Source: Octopus sinensis
Lineage: Eukaryota
Assembly: GCF_006345805.1 (NCBI RefSeq)
Contig: NC_043001.1
Coordinates: 121,086,001-121,150,000, forward strand
DNA: 64,000 nt
Reading direction: 5' to 3'
Part shown: positions 12,829 through 27,389 of the stretch, piece after piece
How positions within the stretch are numbered: the first letter of the stretch is position 1
Layout of the letters: every line of letters begins with the position of its first letter
The notes under the pieces: model-generated
What the model saw: only the letters and a program-made list of their open reading frames with translations
Database searches by the model: none
Told to the model about the DNA's origin: nothing
Translations under genes and position numbers: made by a program

Positions 12829-15800
12829 TTAGAATGTTTTATCTCCCGGATGTATGACTTGATATGGATCATCATAGGGTGACTGGAAGAGTCTTCGTCG
12901 TGTGTCACGTCGAACGAACACAAAGTTAGCCACGCGGAGGTGATTTGGTACGAATGATCTGGGTGTACCGTGTGTCGTCATGGGAACAGGGCGCAACTGG
13001 TCCACGCTGTCTCTCAGTTGAGCGAGGTACCTTTTGACATCTGGGTCTGAATTCGTATTCGGAAGGAACTCTCCTGGCACTGTGAGGGGAGCACAGTACA
13101 CCATTTCCGCGGAGGAAGTGTCGAGATTTTCTTTTGGGGTAGTGCGAATTCCCAGCATTACCTATGGGAGTTGGTCGATCTAATTTGGCCCGTTAAGTCT
13201 GGTTGTCAGTGATTCCTTCAGGCGGCGATGAAATCTCTCCACTAATCCGTTGGCCTGTGGGTGGTAGGCTGTTGTGTGGTTCATTGTGATTCCGAAATCA
13301 CAAAACGCATGTCATTCCACAGCTTTGAGGTGAATTGTGGATCCCGATCGGATGAGATGCTGTTTGGGACGCAGAAACGGGCGACCCAGTTCGCGATGAA
13401 AGCTCGGCTGACTTCTTGTGTTTCTGCGGAGAGGGATAGGTTCAGGCCAACAGGTGTAGCGGTCCACCAACGTCAGTAGTTACGAGCAGCCCTGTGAATG
13501 TGGTAGGGGGCCAACAAGGTCGATGTTGACATGGCTGAATTGGCCTAGGTGGTTCATAGTTGCCGAGGGGTGCTTTGGTGTGTTGATGGCCATGGTTTGT
13601 TGACAGGGGGTGCAGGACATGGTCCAGTCCCCGATTTGCTTGGCCATACCGTACCAGATAAATTTGATTGACAGCAGCCGCCGTGTGGCTTTAGTACCTG
13701 GGTGGGAAGTCCGTGAATGATGTCGAGAACTTTCTTGCGCCGGGCTGATGGGACGATCGGTCGTGGCTTGCTAGTGGATACATCACACAGAAGGGTTGTG
13801 CCGTTGGAGCTAATGTGTACATCCTGCAAAGAAAGTGATGTGATGGCAGTGCGGTAGGCCCTGATCTCATCATCTGTCTCTTGAGTTGCAGCCATAGCTT
13901 CGTAATCCAAGTCTTCCGTTATTGGTGTTAGGTAGGTGTGAAAGCAGGTAAGAGCACGAGAGAGTGCGTTGGCAACTGGGTTGCCCTTGCCGGCTATGTG
14001 TTGGATGTCTGTGGTGTACTCGGAAATTACCGATAGCTATCGTTGTTGGCGTGCAGACCAAGGCTCCGAGAGCTTGCTCATAGCAAAGGTGAGTGGTTTG
14101 TGATCTGTGAATACTGTACACATGAAGCCTTCAAGGAAATACCGAAAGTGGCGGACACCTAGATGGACAGCCTGTAATTCCCTGTCGAAAACACTGTATT
14201 TCTGTTCAGGGGGTCGTAGTTGTCGGCTGAAGAAAGCGAGCCGTCGCCACTGACTGTTGATGTAATGTTCCAAAAGGCCCCCAATAGCTGTGTCGGATGC
14301 GTCAACTAGGAGTGCAGTCCGAGCTGACATGTGAGGATGTGACAGCATGGTTGCTTGGGCCAGGACTTGTTTTGTGGATTCGAAGGCTGAAGTCATTGTA
14401 ATATCTCACTCCACCTGTCTTTTTGTACCTTCTTTTGACAGTGCCTTGTGTAGGGGTCTCATCACTTTTGCTCCAGAAGGGATGAAGCGATGGTAAAAGT
14501 TTACCATGACCACGAATTGATGTAGAGCCTTGCTTGTGGTGGAGCGTAGAAAGGATAGGATAGCTTTTACTCTTCCTGGCAGAGGTGTAGCGCCGGCACT
14601 TTTGATTCGATGTCCCAAGAAGTCGATTTCTGTTGCACCAAAAACGCACTTGGCGAGGTTGATTACTAAAGCATACCGTTCCAGCCTCTCAAAAAGAGTC
14701 ATTAGGTGCTTCTTATGTAGCTCTGTGTTTGGGCTTGCAATGAGGATATCATCTAAGTATGCAAAGACAAAATCGAGACCTCTACACACAGTATCCATCA
14801 GGCATTGGAAGGATTGTGCCGCGTTTTTCATCCCAAAGGGTGTACGTAGGAATTCGTACAGACCGAAAGGAGTGATCACAGCGGTTTTCGGTACATCGTC
14901 ATCTTGTACTGGTATTTGGTGGTATCCCCGGATGAGGTCAACCCGGCTAGCTGGGCTGAAAAATCTTGTATATTTGAAATGGGGTAACGGTCAGGTGTCG
15001 TGTCGTATCCGCGTTGAGATGGCGGTAATCTCCGCAGGGTCGACAACCTCCGTTGGATTGGGGGGAGGCACATGCAGGGATGATGACCAGGACTGCTTGA
15101 TTGGCCAACTATACCCAATGCCTCCATATTGTCGAACTCGGCCTTTGCGATTGAAAGTTTGTCTGGTGATAGACAACGTGCGCGGTTGTGCACGGGGGGG
15201 GCGGTGGTGGAGATGTGGTGTTGTACCCCGTGGCGGGCTGTAGGTTTGGAGAATCTCGGAGTGGTGAGATTGGGGCGACTAACAAGAAGATCCGAGAATT
15301 CGTTCTTGGTCTGCGAGATTATTACTATGGGGAAGGGGGCGTGACATGTGCAGATGTTGCAAGAGGCACGGAAGCGTATGTGTTGTTGCCGAGGAGTCGT
15401 CTTCTCCGCAAATCCACCAGTAACAAGTGTGCTCGAAGAAAGTCTGCACCGATTATGGGCTGATGGAGATTATGGGCGATGGTGAATGCCCATGTGTATT
15501 TTCGTGAGCCGATGTTGAGGGAAAGGGTGCGACGACCGTATGCCTCGATTGTGGACCCGTTGATGGCTGTTAAAGTTGGCTACGCTTTCCGTAATCACGG
15601 AATCACGCTGACATCTGCTCCTGTGTCGATGAGGAACTTGCATCCGGAGCTGCGATCGCGGACAAAGAGGAGCATTTGGTCATGTCTGCCGACCACCAGG
15701 GTGTTCAATGGCAGCCGGCCCTAGAGTTTCCCTAGGTCACTGGTGAAGGGGTCCTGAAGTTACATATTGTTTACATTTTGTCGCCTTTTTTCCAAACTTT

Positions 15801-16366
15801 GCATGATAGAAGCACAGGTCATCATGCTTAACCCTACCCCGTCTCGGAGCTGACCCTATGGCGTTGACCTGCACACCACTAGATAAAAAATGCCTGTCGG
15901 CTGCCTTTGCTACTTGCCGCAGGTCCTTGATTTCGGTCTGAGTTATGAGGACCTGGACCTGGGGTGGCAGCTTGCGGAGGAATATTGCTTTAAACAAAAA
16001 GGAAGGTGACTCACCGGATGGGGGGGGGGGAACTAATGCCAACATCTTGTCCATCAGTTCTGAAGTCTTGGAATCGCCTAATTCCTCCTCCATTATCCTG
16101 GCAGCCGCTTCTCTTTCCCTTCGTCGGAATGTGTCCACTAGCCTCTCTTTCAATATGGCATATTTTTCTGGTGGTGGGGGATGGGTTAGAGTATCCAGCA
16201 CCCTCGTTGCCGTGTCTTCCTCAAGTGCCGCAACAACGGGCGAGTACTTTTTTTTGGTAGGCCGTTATCTTGTTTATATCGAATTGAGCTTCGGCCTGCG
16301 CGAACCACAGCTCAGTCCTCTTAGACCAGAACTGTGGTAGCCTCAGTGGTGTTTATTGCTAGCCAT
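12829..16366 (-). pseudogene. frameshifted gag-pol of the Gypsy element
   Basis: gag LPQFW...LWFAQAEAQF and CFYHAKFG; protease FLIDTGADVSVI near 15600-15640; RT PFGMKNA and YLDD (ORF 14406..14879); RNase H DASD...RELQAV (14037..14396); integrase pieces including QANGLVERFHRRLK. Split across frames. Confidence 0.92.
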
Positions 16367-16398
16367 GTTTGTTTCGGTAGCGGGAGCTGTTGTTCTAT

Positions 16399-16411
16399 CG
16401 TCGGGTCACCA
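16399..16411 (-). promoter_or_regulatory. primer binding site, tRNA-Trp-like
   Basis: Minus strand reads TGGTGACCCGACG, 2 nt inside the 5' LTR. This is one C short of the tRNA-Trp PBS TGGTGACCCCGACG. Confidence 0.75.
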
Positions 16412-16413
16412 GT

Positions 16414-16604
16414 TATAGCTTTGTTAAGCTAGACACAAACAAACAAACTAGTGCAGACGAGAATACATTTACCAAAGGATCACTGCTGACATTCTGTTTT
16501 CGTTCTCCTCCCGGAAGTTCTTTTCTTTCCTGTTGACCAACTTCCTAACTAGCCCGCAGCGAAGTATCTGTCTACAGTTCGTCTATCACGAATCCTTCCC
16601 TACA
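16414..16604 (-). repeat. 5' LTR of the Gypsy element
   Basis: Direct repeat of 12365-12593 (tatagctttgttaagct...aatccttccctaca) with indels. Confidence 0.88.
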
Positions 16605-16939
16605 CCATGCCTATTGAGGAAGCCAAACGTCAACAATGTGTTGAAGTATTGAATCAAAAGGATCTAATCTAACCTTTTTAATCCAATCACTTGTCACATA
16701 AACTCAACTTTTTTTGGTGGTGAGATGGCCCAATTTTTTAATGGGAGTGAGATAACCAAAAAGTACCAGCAAAAGTAGTAAATATTTGTTATGATGTGGT
16801 TATGTTATCATTCGGTCGTAAGATGGTCACAATTTGGCTGGGCACAAAGGCCAGAGTAATCCGAGATTACTGTAGCCAGTCATTCATCTCGAATATGTAG
16901 AAAAGCTATCACGTCTGTATACGTCAGTCTCTCTCTATA

Positions 16940-16992
<53 letters not shown>

Positions 16993-16997
16993 GTCTA

Positions 16998-17076
<79 letters not shown>

Positions 17077-17891
17077 CTATCTCTTCCTTTCCTTCTCACT
17101 GTCCTCGTCTCTTTCTCTTCTTTCCTTTCTCTCTGTCATATATTCTTCCTCCCTTCTCTCTATTCTCCTTACCGTTTCGTCTCTATTGCTTTTTTCCTCC
17201 CTCCCTTTCTCTTTCTTTCCCTTTTTCTATCTTTCTCTTCCTTAATGTATCTGTTTTTCTCTTCCTTCCCCCTATTATTTCCTATCCCTTTCACGTCTAT
17301 AGCTTTCTTTTTCTCCCTTCCTTCCACTCTTCCACTTTTCACCTCTCTCTTCCTCTTCCTCGTCTCTGTCTCTGTCTTTCTCCCTCTCTATCTTTTTCTC
17401 ACCCTCTCTCCCTCGTCTCTCTGCCCTTCACCTCTGCTGCATCAGTTAACAGAAGTAGCAGCAATTGTGATAGTGAGTAAGAGTATTACTAAGTGTAGCC
17501 ATCTCTGATCACAGACGCTCCAGCTGTGACCATCCCATCTTTTTACAAACGTAGCGTATCTAGGACTACATTCCCAATATATCCTTCGTTAGCACAGGAG
17601 AGTGCAGTTTGGGGAAGATTTAATTTTAGCACATCTAGGAGCTGTGTAGAAGATCCCTCATTGAGTGAGTAGCAGTCGTAGGTGTTCATGGGAGTAACGA
17701 TCGTCTGCACACAAACGCGCGCGAATTGAAATTAGTTTTCATGCTTGAAATAGCAACCAAATTCCCTCAAGCCACACACTATTGTCTCAAAACAAGAAGG
17801 ACACCGTGGATAACGTGGTCAGTAGTGTACAAAAAGGCAGACTCAATCCGAACTGACCTGGGTCTTAACGATAACTCATTCTCTATCTAGC

Positions 17892-17934
<43 letters not shown>

Positions 17935-18354
17935 AACCCTAACACTGATCTCAAAACTTTGTTTCCTCATAACTTTTTTAATAATTCATGTTGCCTTGCA
18001 CAAAGGAATCATCCAGTATATTTTCTAGTGCAAAAAGTTTGTTTTGGAGCTTAACTCTCCTCATCTTTGGCTGACAGAGATAATTCAATGACATTAGAGT
18101 AGTTGATGCAAAGTTTGAATAGTTACAGGTATATACATAAAATGCTTTTACTGCAGTTTTCAGTTTGTTTGTTTGTTTTTTTGGAGGGGGAGGGGGTTCG
18201 CCTGCGGTTCATTTTGATCCAGCAAACCTATGATTAAAGGAAATCAAGGTATCGAGGATGAAGGACTTGTAGCAGAGCTGTTTAACAGATTAATTTTATT
18301 GTTATCTTGTCAATGTGAGTGGATTTGGTAGACAGAAACTGAAAGAAGCCTGTC

Positions 18355-18388
<34 letters not shown>

Positions 18389-18394
<6 letters not shown>

Positions 18395-18829
18395 CGTAAA
18401 AAGCACCATCCGAATGGGGTTGATGCCAGCCCCCTCGCCCCGACTGGCTCCTGTGCCGATGGCACGTAAAAAGCACTCACTACACTCTTGGAGTGGTTGA
18501 CATTAGGAAGGGCATCGAGCTGTAGAAACATTGCCAGATCAGATGGGAGCCTGGTGCGGCCCCTGGCATGCCTGACCCCAGTCAAATCATTCAACCCATG
18601 CCAATATGAAAGCAGACGTTAAACGATGATGATGATGTTTGTGTGTGTGTTTGTTTCCTCACCATCGCTTAACAACCAATGTTGGTGTGTTTACATCCCC
18701 ATAACTTAGTGGTTTCGCAAAAGAGAACGAGTACTAGGCTTACAAAGAATAAGTCCTGGGGTCCATTTATTTGACTAAAGGTGGTGCTCCAGCATGGACC
18801 AAAACAATAAAAGAGTATATGATATATAT

Positions 18830-18877
<48 letters not shown>

Positions 18878-19325
18878 ATATATATATGGCACGTAAAAAG
18901 CACCATCCGAATGGGGTTGATGCCAGCCCCCTCGCCCCGACTGGCTCCTGTGCCGATGGCACGTAAAAAGCACTCACTACACTCTTGGAGTGGTTGACAT
19001 TAGGAAGGGCATCGAGCTGTAGAAACATTGCCAGATCAGATGGGAGCCTGGTGCGGCCCCTGGCATGCCTGACCCCAGTCAAATCATTCAACCCATGCCA
19101 ATATGAAAGCAGACGTTAAACGATGATGATGATGTTTGTGTGTGTGTTTGTTTCCTCACCATCGCTTAACAACCAATGTTGGTGTGTTTACATCCCCATA
19201 ACTTAGTGGTTTCGCAAAAGAGAACGAGTACTAGGCTTACAAAGAATAAGTCCTGGGGTCCATTTATTTGACTAAAGGTGGTGCTCCAGCATGGACCAAA
19301 ACAAATAAAAGAGTATATGATATAT
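18389..19325 (+). repeat. ~499 bp essentially identical tandem duplication bounded by (TA)n
   Basis: 18389-18825 equals 18888-19325. Confidence 0.9.
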
Positions 19326-19342
19326 ATATCATATATATATAT

Positions 19343-19388
<46 letters not shown>

Positions 19389-20415
19389 CCGAAATATATA
19401 GTATTATATATCCACCATGGCTGATCTTACCAATTGGTTTCACACAAGGAATGCAATGGAGTGTTAGGTAACAATCTGATTATATAAACTTAGGCTCATC
19501 AGAGTTAGCCGATGTGGAAGGGAATATGGCATCTGCTCTCTATTGTTGGAGGTTGATTAACACAGCTGGTCAGCAGCTGCTATGAAAAAGGTGATGAAAT
19601 GAAAAAGGGCCAGAGTATTAGGTTATGTCCCTTGGTTGGGTATATTGTATGCCAGAAAGAGTTATCTTGCAGTGTTTGTGGGGAAAATATGCCTTACGTG
19701 TGGTGCTCTGTGTGAATGGGGTGTGTGATATGTGTAGTGGTGTCATATGCATAATTTTTTTCAAGAGCTGTAGGTATATATAGCTGTGTTTGTTGGTCTG
19801 TTTTCTTTCTGTAAAGGATAAGATCATGAGGGGGGGGGTTATGTTAGCATGAGCGTGCAGTGTGCAATGTGTGTGGGAGTCAATATATGTGTAAGGGTAC
19901 AATGAGTGTGAAAGGGTATATGTTGGGGGTGGTGGGAGACTATTTTGTGGAGTATGCATATGCATAAATTGGTGCTTGGTGAATCTCTGTGCTGGGCCCA
20001 AGTGCATTGATGCAAGGTCGAAGCCGAGGACCTGGGATTGCAGTCAAGCTGGGGTGTGCAGGTACAATAGGATGTACTTCTTTTCTTGTGGGGAAGGATT
20101 AAACACCTCACACCTGTTATTCAGGTAAACGTCTACATATTAGCCACCCTTTAAATTTGCTCTCTTCTCAGTTTGCATTTCTCCAGGATTTCCCACTTTA
20201 TGCTGGACTCTGTGGTGCTTTCTATCAAAGACCAAACATGCTTGGCTACAGTTGAGGTGCTACATCTCTCTCTCTCTCTCTCTTTATATATATTTATATA
20301 TGATATGTGTGATATATATTATATAATATATATATATGTGTGTGTGTGTGTGTTTGTGTGTGTGTGATATGTTTCTGTGTGTGTATATGATATATATATG
20401 TATAAATATATATAA

Positions 20416-20468
<53 letters not shown>

Positions 20469-20517
20469 TATATATATATATATAATATAATATATAATAT
20501 ATATATGTATATATATA

Positions 20518-20554
<37 letters not shown>

Positions 20555-20558
<4 letters not shown>

Positions 20559-20945
20559 CATATTTAAAAAAAAACTATCATTCGATATGTTATACAAAAT
20601 TCATATTTTATACCACTGAAGAGCAGAAGCATTGTCTATAAATGCTTATCAATATAGGATTTCATTATAGGGACAACTTTTCTGTGAAATGATCATAAGA
20701 TGCTCTAATTAATTAATTCAAAACTTTTAAACTGTCATATACATTATATATTTATACTTATACATATTTACATTTATTTATTTATATATCTTTAATACAA
20801 CAATTATTTTCACACGTCTATATCTTTCTGAGGAGTTTTGGTATTAATTTCCTAATATTAATAATAATATATTATTAAAAAATATATATGTATATATATA
20901 TATACACATATATATATATGTATATATATATTATATATATATATT

Positions 20946-20989
<44 letters not shown>

Positions 20990-21334
20990 CATATTTTTAA
21001 AAAAACTATCATTCGATATGTTATACAAAATTCATATTTTATACCACTGAAGAGCAGAAGCATTGTCTATAAATGCTTATCAATATAGGATTTCATTATA
21101 GGGACAACTTTTCTGTGAAATGATCATAAGATGCTCTAATTAATTAATTCAAAACTTTTAAACTGTCATATACATTATATATTTATACTTATACATATTT
21201 ACATTTATTTATTTATATATCTTTAATACAACAATTATTTTCACACGTCTATATCTTTCTGAGGAGTTTTGGTATTAATTTCCTAATATTAATAATAATA
21301 TATTATTAAAAAATATATATGTATATATATATAT

Positions 21335-21340
<6 letters not shown>
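20555..21340 (+). repeat. ~431 bp essentially identical tandem duplication bounded by (TA)n
   Basis: 20560-20900 equals 20990-21330. Confidence 0.9.
20616..20697 (+). ncRNA. degenerate hammerhead motif, duplicated at 21047-21128
   Basis: CTGAAGA-gcagaag...ttttctgt-GAAA-T-gatc-A-TA. Stem I pairing is poor. Confidence 0.55.
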
Positions 21341-21425
<85 letters not shown>

Positions 21426-22345
21426 ATATATATATATATTATATATATATACGGAGTGGTTGGCATTAGGAAGGGCATTCAGCTGTAGAAACTTTGCCAA
21501 ATCAGTTTGGAACCTGGTGCAGCCTTTTTGCTTGCCAGCCCTCAGTCAAACTGTCAACCCATGCCAGCATGGAAAATAGACGTTAAACAATGGTGGTGGT
21601 GATGGTATATAATTATATGATATATATAAACTTTTCTGAAATAGCCATAGGTATGGACTGATTCTTTCAATTGCCTCCATTGATCTATTACGTCCCCGCT
21701 CTTTCTGTCCTTCTCTGTACATTGGACAAAATGGATGCCACTTAGCTACTGGTTCACAGAATACATTCAAGACATTAGACTCAGCAATGACACCCCAGTC
21801 TTGCATCATTTCCGCTCTACTGGTCATTCATTTCAACATCTGTCTGTGTTTGGATTGTCTTAGCACAGGGGCCATCCAGACTTCCGCCTTCACCGTAAAC
21901 AGGAATTAATCTTCTCTCTTTGCTCCTTTGTGCCACATGGGCTCAACTCCCCTTTCCTCTTTATCTGACTCCCCTCCTCTCTCCTCTCCTGCCCTGACAC
22001 CTATTCCTCTCTTCACTCCTACACACCTTCTCCCTTCATTGTTACCCTCCATCCACACATCAATCCACACACTAGCACTAAGCACTTCCCAGCACCCACA
22101 CCACACACCACCACACCAATCATGCCACTAACAGAATGGTAGCAGAGGTGGTTTATTAAGTGGTAAAAAAAAAGAAAAGTAAATAAATAGAAAGAGAGGC
22201 AGATAGAGTGAGGGGGGAAGTTAAGGGTTGGCATTCAGGATAAAGTAAGGTTTATAAAAATATAGTGTCTTTGAATATAATCCATTCCAGCATTAACCTA
22301 GTATACCTTGTCATTGAGATCACCTGTGAAAAACCCCCATATTTG

Positions 22346-22396
<51 letters not shown>

Positions 22397-22946
22397 CATA
22401 CAAACATACATACATATATATATATATAATATATGCACATACATACATATATATATATTATATATTATATATTATGTGGTAAGTAGCTTGCTTACCAACC
22501 ACATGATTCCAGGTTCAGTCTACCTGCATGGCACTTTGGACATCTTCTACTATAGCCTCGGACCGACCAAAGCCTTGTGAGTGAATTTGGTAGACAGAAA
22601 CCGAAAGAAGCCCATCGTATATATATATATATGTGTGTATATGTATGCATATGTTTGTGTGTCTGTGTTTGTCGCCCCCAACACTGCTTGACAACCAATA
22701 CTGATGTGTTTACGTCCCCATTACTAAGCGGTTCAGCAAGAGAGATCGATAGAATAAGTACTAGGCTTACAAAGAATATGTCCTGGGGTTGATTTGCTCG
22801 ACTAAAGGTGGTGATCCAGCATGGCTGCTGTCAAATGACTGAAACAAATAAAAGAATATAAGAAAAGAAAAAAGAAAGAAAATATATATATATATATATT
22901 TATATATGCATACACATATATAATCATATATATATTATATACATCC

Positions 22947-23280
22947 GGGACCCCCTTCGATCACGACACTGACCATGGGATTGCACCTAGAAAGTTACCC
23001 TCCTAGACACAAGTCCGGGCAAGGTTGTTTATGGAAGACCAGCAGTCGCCCATGCATACCAGCCTCCCCTCTCCACGCCACCAGTGTTATCCAAGGGAAA
23101 GACAAAGGTCAATACAGCTTGGCACCAGTGACGTCGCAACTCATTTCTACAGCTGAGTGAACTGGAGCAACGTGAAATAAAGTGTCTTGCTCAAGAACAC
23201 AACACGCAGCCCGGTCCGGGATTCGAGCTCACAACCTCACGATTGTAAGCTCGACGCTCTAACCACTGAGCCATGCGCCT
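22947..23280 (-). mobile_element. tRNA-derived SINE (second family)
   Basis: Minus strand: ggcgcatggctcagtggttagagcg...ctcgaatccc, then gtgttcttgagcaagacacttta. Related copies at ~48555-48877 (-) and ~45670 (+). Confidence 0.78.
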
Positions 23281-23410
23281 TATATACATATATGTTATAT
23301 ATATGTGTGGTGTATATATATATATAACATATATGTATATAATATATTATATATATATGCATACATCATATATATATTATATACCATATGTTATATACAT
23401 ATATATTATA

Positions 23411-23446
<36 letters not shown>

Positions 23447-23488
23447 TTAATATATAGATATATACATATATATTATATACATACATTA

Positions 23489-23524
<36 letters not shown>

Positions 23525-24734
23525 ACATATATGTATATAATATATATAACATTAAATACATATGCATATGTAAGTATGTAAGTATGTATGTATGCATATG
23601 ACCATCCAACATCAATCTGTTGTTTATGTTTGAGCTACATGCTGATTTGGCACTATATATATACATACATTTTTTTTATATATACATACATATTTTTTAT
23701 CTGTCAAAAACCATATCCTCATATTGTAAGCTTACTACTCTGAATTTAACAACACTTACCTAAGACATATTCTTTCTCCTTCCCTATGGCACTTGTAATG
23801 AGATCTTGCAATCAAAATATTGGTTTCAAATTTTGGCACAAGTTCAGGAAGCTCAGGGGAGGGAGTAAGTCAAATATATCAACCCTAGTGTTCAACTGGT
23901 ACTTGTTTTATCAACTCTTAAAGAATACAAGGATAAAAGGCAAATCAACGACCTTGGCAGAATTTGAACTCAGAACATAAAATGGACAAAATGCTGCTAA
24001 GTATTTTGCCCAATGTGCTAATGCTTTGCTGGCTTATCACCTTCTTACAATCAAAGTATTAAATTCTGTAAAAATCACCACAGATGTATGTTAGAAAATG
24101 GAAAGATTTGTTTGTTCCCAAGCAATTGGAGCAAATAAAAATATTTGCAACAAAGAAAAACTGTATTTAAAGATGGTATTTATATATCTCATCCAATAAA
24201 TGTAAATGATTGAAACTACAGAAATTTATTATTTATTTCTTTCTTTGGCCAGAAAATGAAACTCAGTTATTAAAGAGAAAACATGAACATAGTTATCAAA
24301 AGGAAAACATCAACTTGGATGTGTAAAAGACATCAAGTGCATTTTTTACGGACTTTTTTTTTTGTTTTAGAATATAATTTTATTATTTTTGCTGTGCACT
24401 TACTTACATCTCATGGGACAGCATTGTGTTGTGGAACACCATTTGGGAATTGCTAAAACAAGATGTTAGTCAAGACTTGATGACTTTTAACAATCGCAAT
24501 GACTAATATTCAATGAATATTTAATAGATATCATCATATATCTATACACAACTATAATGTTATCCCTTTTGGTATTGATCATGTGAATACTCATAGTTCC
24601 TCTTACTAAACTGGACTTGCCTACTTTCAGTAACTGAGTTAATAAATGTTTAATGGTTATGTGTTTTAACTGTATTCATGTAGGTGTATGTGTGCGTGTG
24701 TTTGGGACTTTATGTATAAATGCAAACAATATCA

Positions 24735-24770
<36 letters not shown>

Positions 24771-25198
24771 ATACATCAGTATATATATATATATATATCA
24801 TCCATATATGTATATAAATTATATAATAATATATATATATATATATCATCATCATCATCGTTTAACATCCACCTTCCATGCTGGCATGGATAGAATGATT
24901 TGACAGGAGCCAGCCATGCAGAAGCCTGCACAAGACTTCTGTGACTGTTTTGGCAGGATTTTTACACCTTCTTAACACCTAGCACTCAACAGGGGGATGA
25001 AAGACTGTCAGTTACCACACTACGATGTGACTACTGCATTAAAATCCAGTAACCTAGCATTTCTACCCAAAAACAGTTCCAAACTGCTGTGTCCACATGC
25101 AATATACACATAGTGTGTACTTGTAATTATGGTCAATGATATCCAGGAAAACGCATGTCATATATAATATGCACTTTTTTGTATCATCATCTTTAAGT

Positions 25199-25230
<32 letters not shown>

Positions 25231-25517
25231 CACACGCACACACACACTTGTTTCTTGTATTTATATTCATGTGGCATCCTGTCTTTGTTTCGTATACATT
25301 CGTCCTCTTTCAAAGAAATCTAATGCCTGTGACTTAGTTCTTGGGGCTGGCCGGTTCGGAGTGATATCGAGATTAAACAGCCGAAATTGCTAAGATGATC
25401 CAGTTCCAACTGAAGATTAGAGGCTTCGAGTGACCCGTCTGTTTTTTTGTGTCGTCTCTTTGTGTGTTTTTGCGTTCTTGTCCGACTTTGTAATTTATAT
25501 TTTATATTTTATATTTG

Positions 25518-25564
<47 letters not shown>

Positions 25565-26622
25565 TTTATATATATGTATATATATGTATGAATATGCATA
25601 TATATATATAATGTACATGTTTATATAGATATACATATATATGTGTGTATATTAATATATATATATATATTATATATATATTCTTTATTTTCTCTCGAAA
25701 TATAAAAGATTTCTCACATTCCCAAGTTCAAACTAATACACCTGCTTGTTTATACACCGATCGTATCCTTTGTTTTTCTGTAAATTTCAATTATATAATG
25801 TGTGAGTGTGTATATGGATGTATATATATGTATGTTATATATATATATATAATATATATATATATATAGAGCATATATATATATATGCATTATATATCTA
25901 TGCATATATATATTATGGATATGCATATATATATATATATATATATATGCATATATATATGCATATATATATATATTACATATATATATATGCATATATA
26001 TATATGCATATATATATATATATACATATATATATATGCATAATATATATATATCATATATATATAGCTATTCTATATTATACATATATATATATGCATA
26101 TATATATATATATACATTATATATATGCCATATTATATATAATATATATATATATATATGCATATATATATATATATTATTATTATATATATATTTATAA
26201 TGCATATATATATAAGCATATATCATATATTATATATATATATATATATATAATTATATGCATATATTATAGATATATAGCATATCATATAATATTATAT
26301 ATATTATATATGCATTATCTATATATGCATATATATATATATATGATATATATATATCATGCATATATATATATATATGCATATCTATATAATATATGCA
26401 TATATATATATGCATTATAATATATATATATAATAGATGCATTATATATATATGCATATATACTAATATATATTATCTATAATATTTATATATATATATA
26501 TGCATATATATATAATATATGTATATATATATATATATATATATAAATATTAGGGAATAAATCCCAAATTACAGGGAAAAATCAGATTTAGGATTGAATC
26601 CATTTTATAGTAAAATATTAAT

Positions 26623-26796
26623 TATATTAAATTAGAAACAAAACCACTATTATGCAAATCAAACAAGAAAGACTTAAGCCAATAATAAAATAATTTATTA
26701 AATTAAATTAATTAAAATTATATAAATTATTTTTGTATGGCTTAAGTCTTTCTTTGTTTGATTTGCATAATAGTGGTTTGTCTCTAATTTAATATA
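26623..26796. repeat. inverted repeat, ~70 bp arms, TA-flanked, ~190 bp upstream of tubulin exon 2
   Basis: aaaccactattatgcaaatcaaacaagaaagacttaagcca versus tggcttaagtctttctttgtttgatttgcataatagtggttt. Confidence 0.88.
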
Positions 26797-26988
26797 TATA
26801 TATATATATTATATATTATTATATATATATACATACATATATAAGTACCAGTTGACCTCTGGAGTCAAAGTAATCAAATTGCTTCCTCACCTGAAATTGC
26901 TGATCCTGTATCAAAATTTGAAACTATTATTATCATCATTATCATCATCATTTATACTGATCCATTTAAATATTTTTCTCTTTTACAG

Positions 26989-27097
26989 TTTTGGGAAGTG
27001 ATCTCCGATGAACATGGCATCGACCCGACCGGCTCTTACCATGGTGATAATGATTTGCAGCTGGAGAGAATCAATGTCTATTTTACTGAAGCATCAG
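26989..27097 (+). CDS. TUBB: beta-tubulin coding exon 2 ([37 protein letters not shown])
   Basis: Manual translation matches beta-tubulin residues 20-56. Acceptor ttttacag ends at 26988 and donor gtaatt starts at 27098. The 109 nt length is the canonical exon size. Not in the ORF track. Confidence 0.96.
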
Positions 27098-27172
27098 GTA
27101 ATTCAAATGACAAAGCGTTTGAGTGAGTGAGTGTGTGTGTGTGTGTGTGTGTGTTGTGTGTGTGTGTGTATG

Positions 27173-27223
<51 letters not shown>

Positions 27224-27389
27224 AAGATTTTTACAAGGAGAAGGTTAACAGTCACCTTGAAGTTTGCTGGTGATTACTGAGCTGAAATCTCACCAAAGCT
27301 CTCAACCTTTTCTTTGTAAAGAAACAAAAACACTTTTGTTTACTTTGTGATCCTTAAATTAAATGTTTCTTTTGTCCTCTTTTTTTTTT

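Larger units (their letters stand above)
12365..16604 (-). mobile_element. Ty3/Gypsy LTR retrotransposon, full length but decayed
   Basis: Two LTRs (12365-12593, 16414-16604), 4-bp target site duplication CCAT (12361-12364, 16605-16608), a primer binding site next to the right LTR, and gag-PR-RT-RH-IN order on the minus strand. Confidence 0.93.

Noticed and set aside
14530-15243. 237-aa plus-strand ORF
   Set aside because: Antisense shadow of the Gypsy RT.
23205-23280. tRNA gene
   Set aside because: The tRNA-like head continues into a SINE body repeated elsewhere, and there is no complete cloverleaf.
25330-25500. Hammerhead at ctgaagattagaggcttcgag
   Set aside because: No GAAA box or closing stems downstream.
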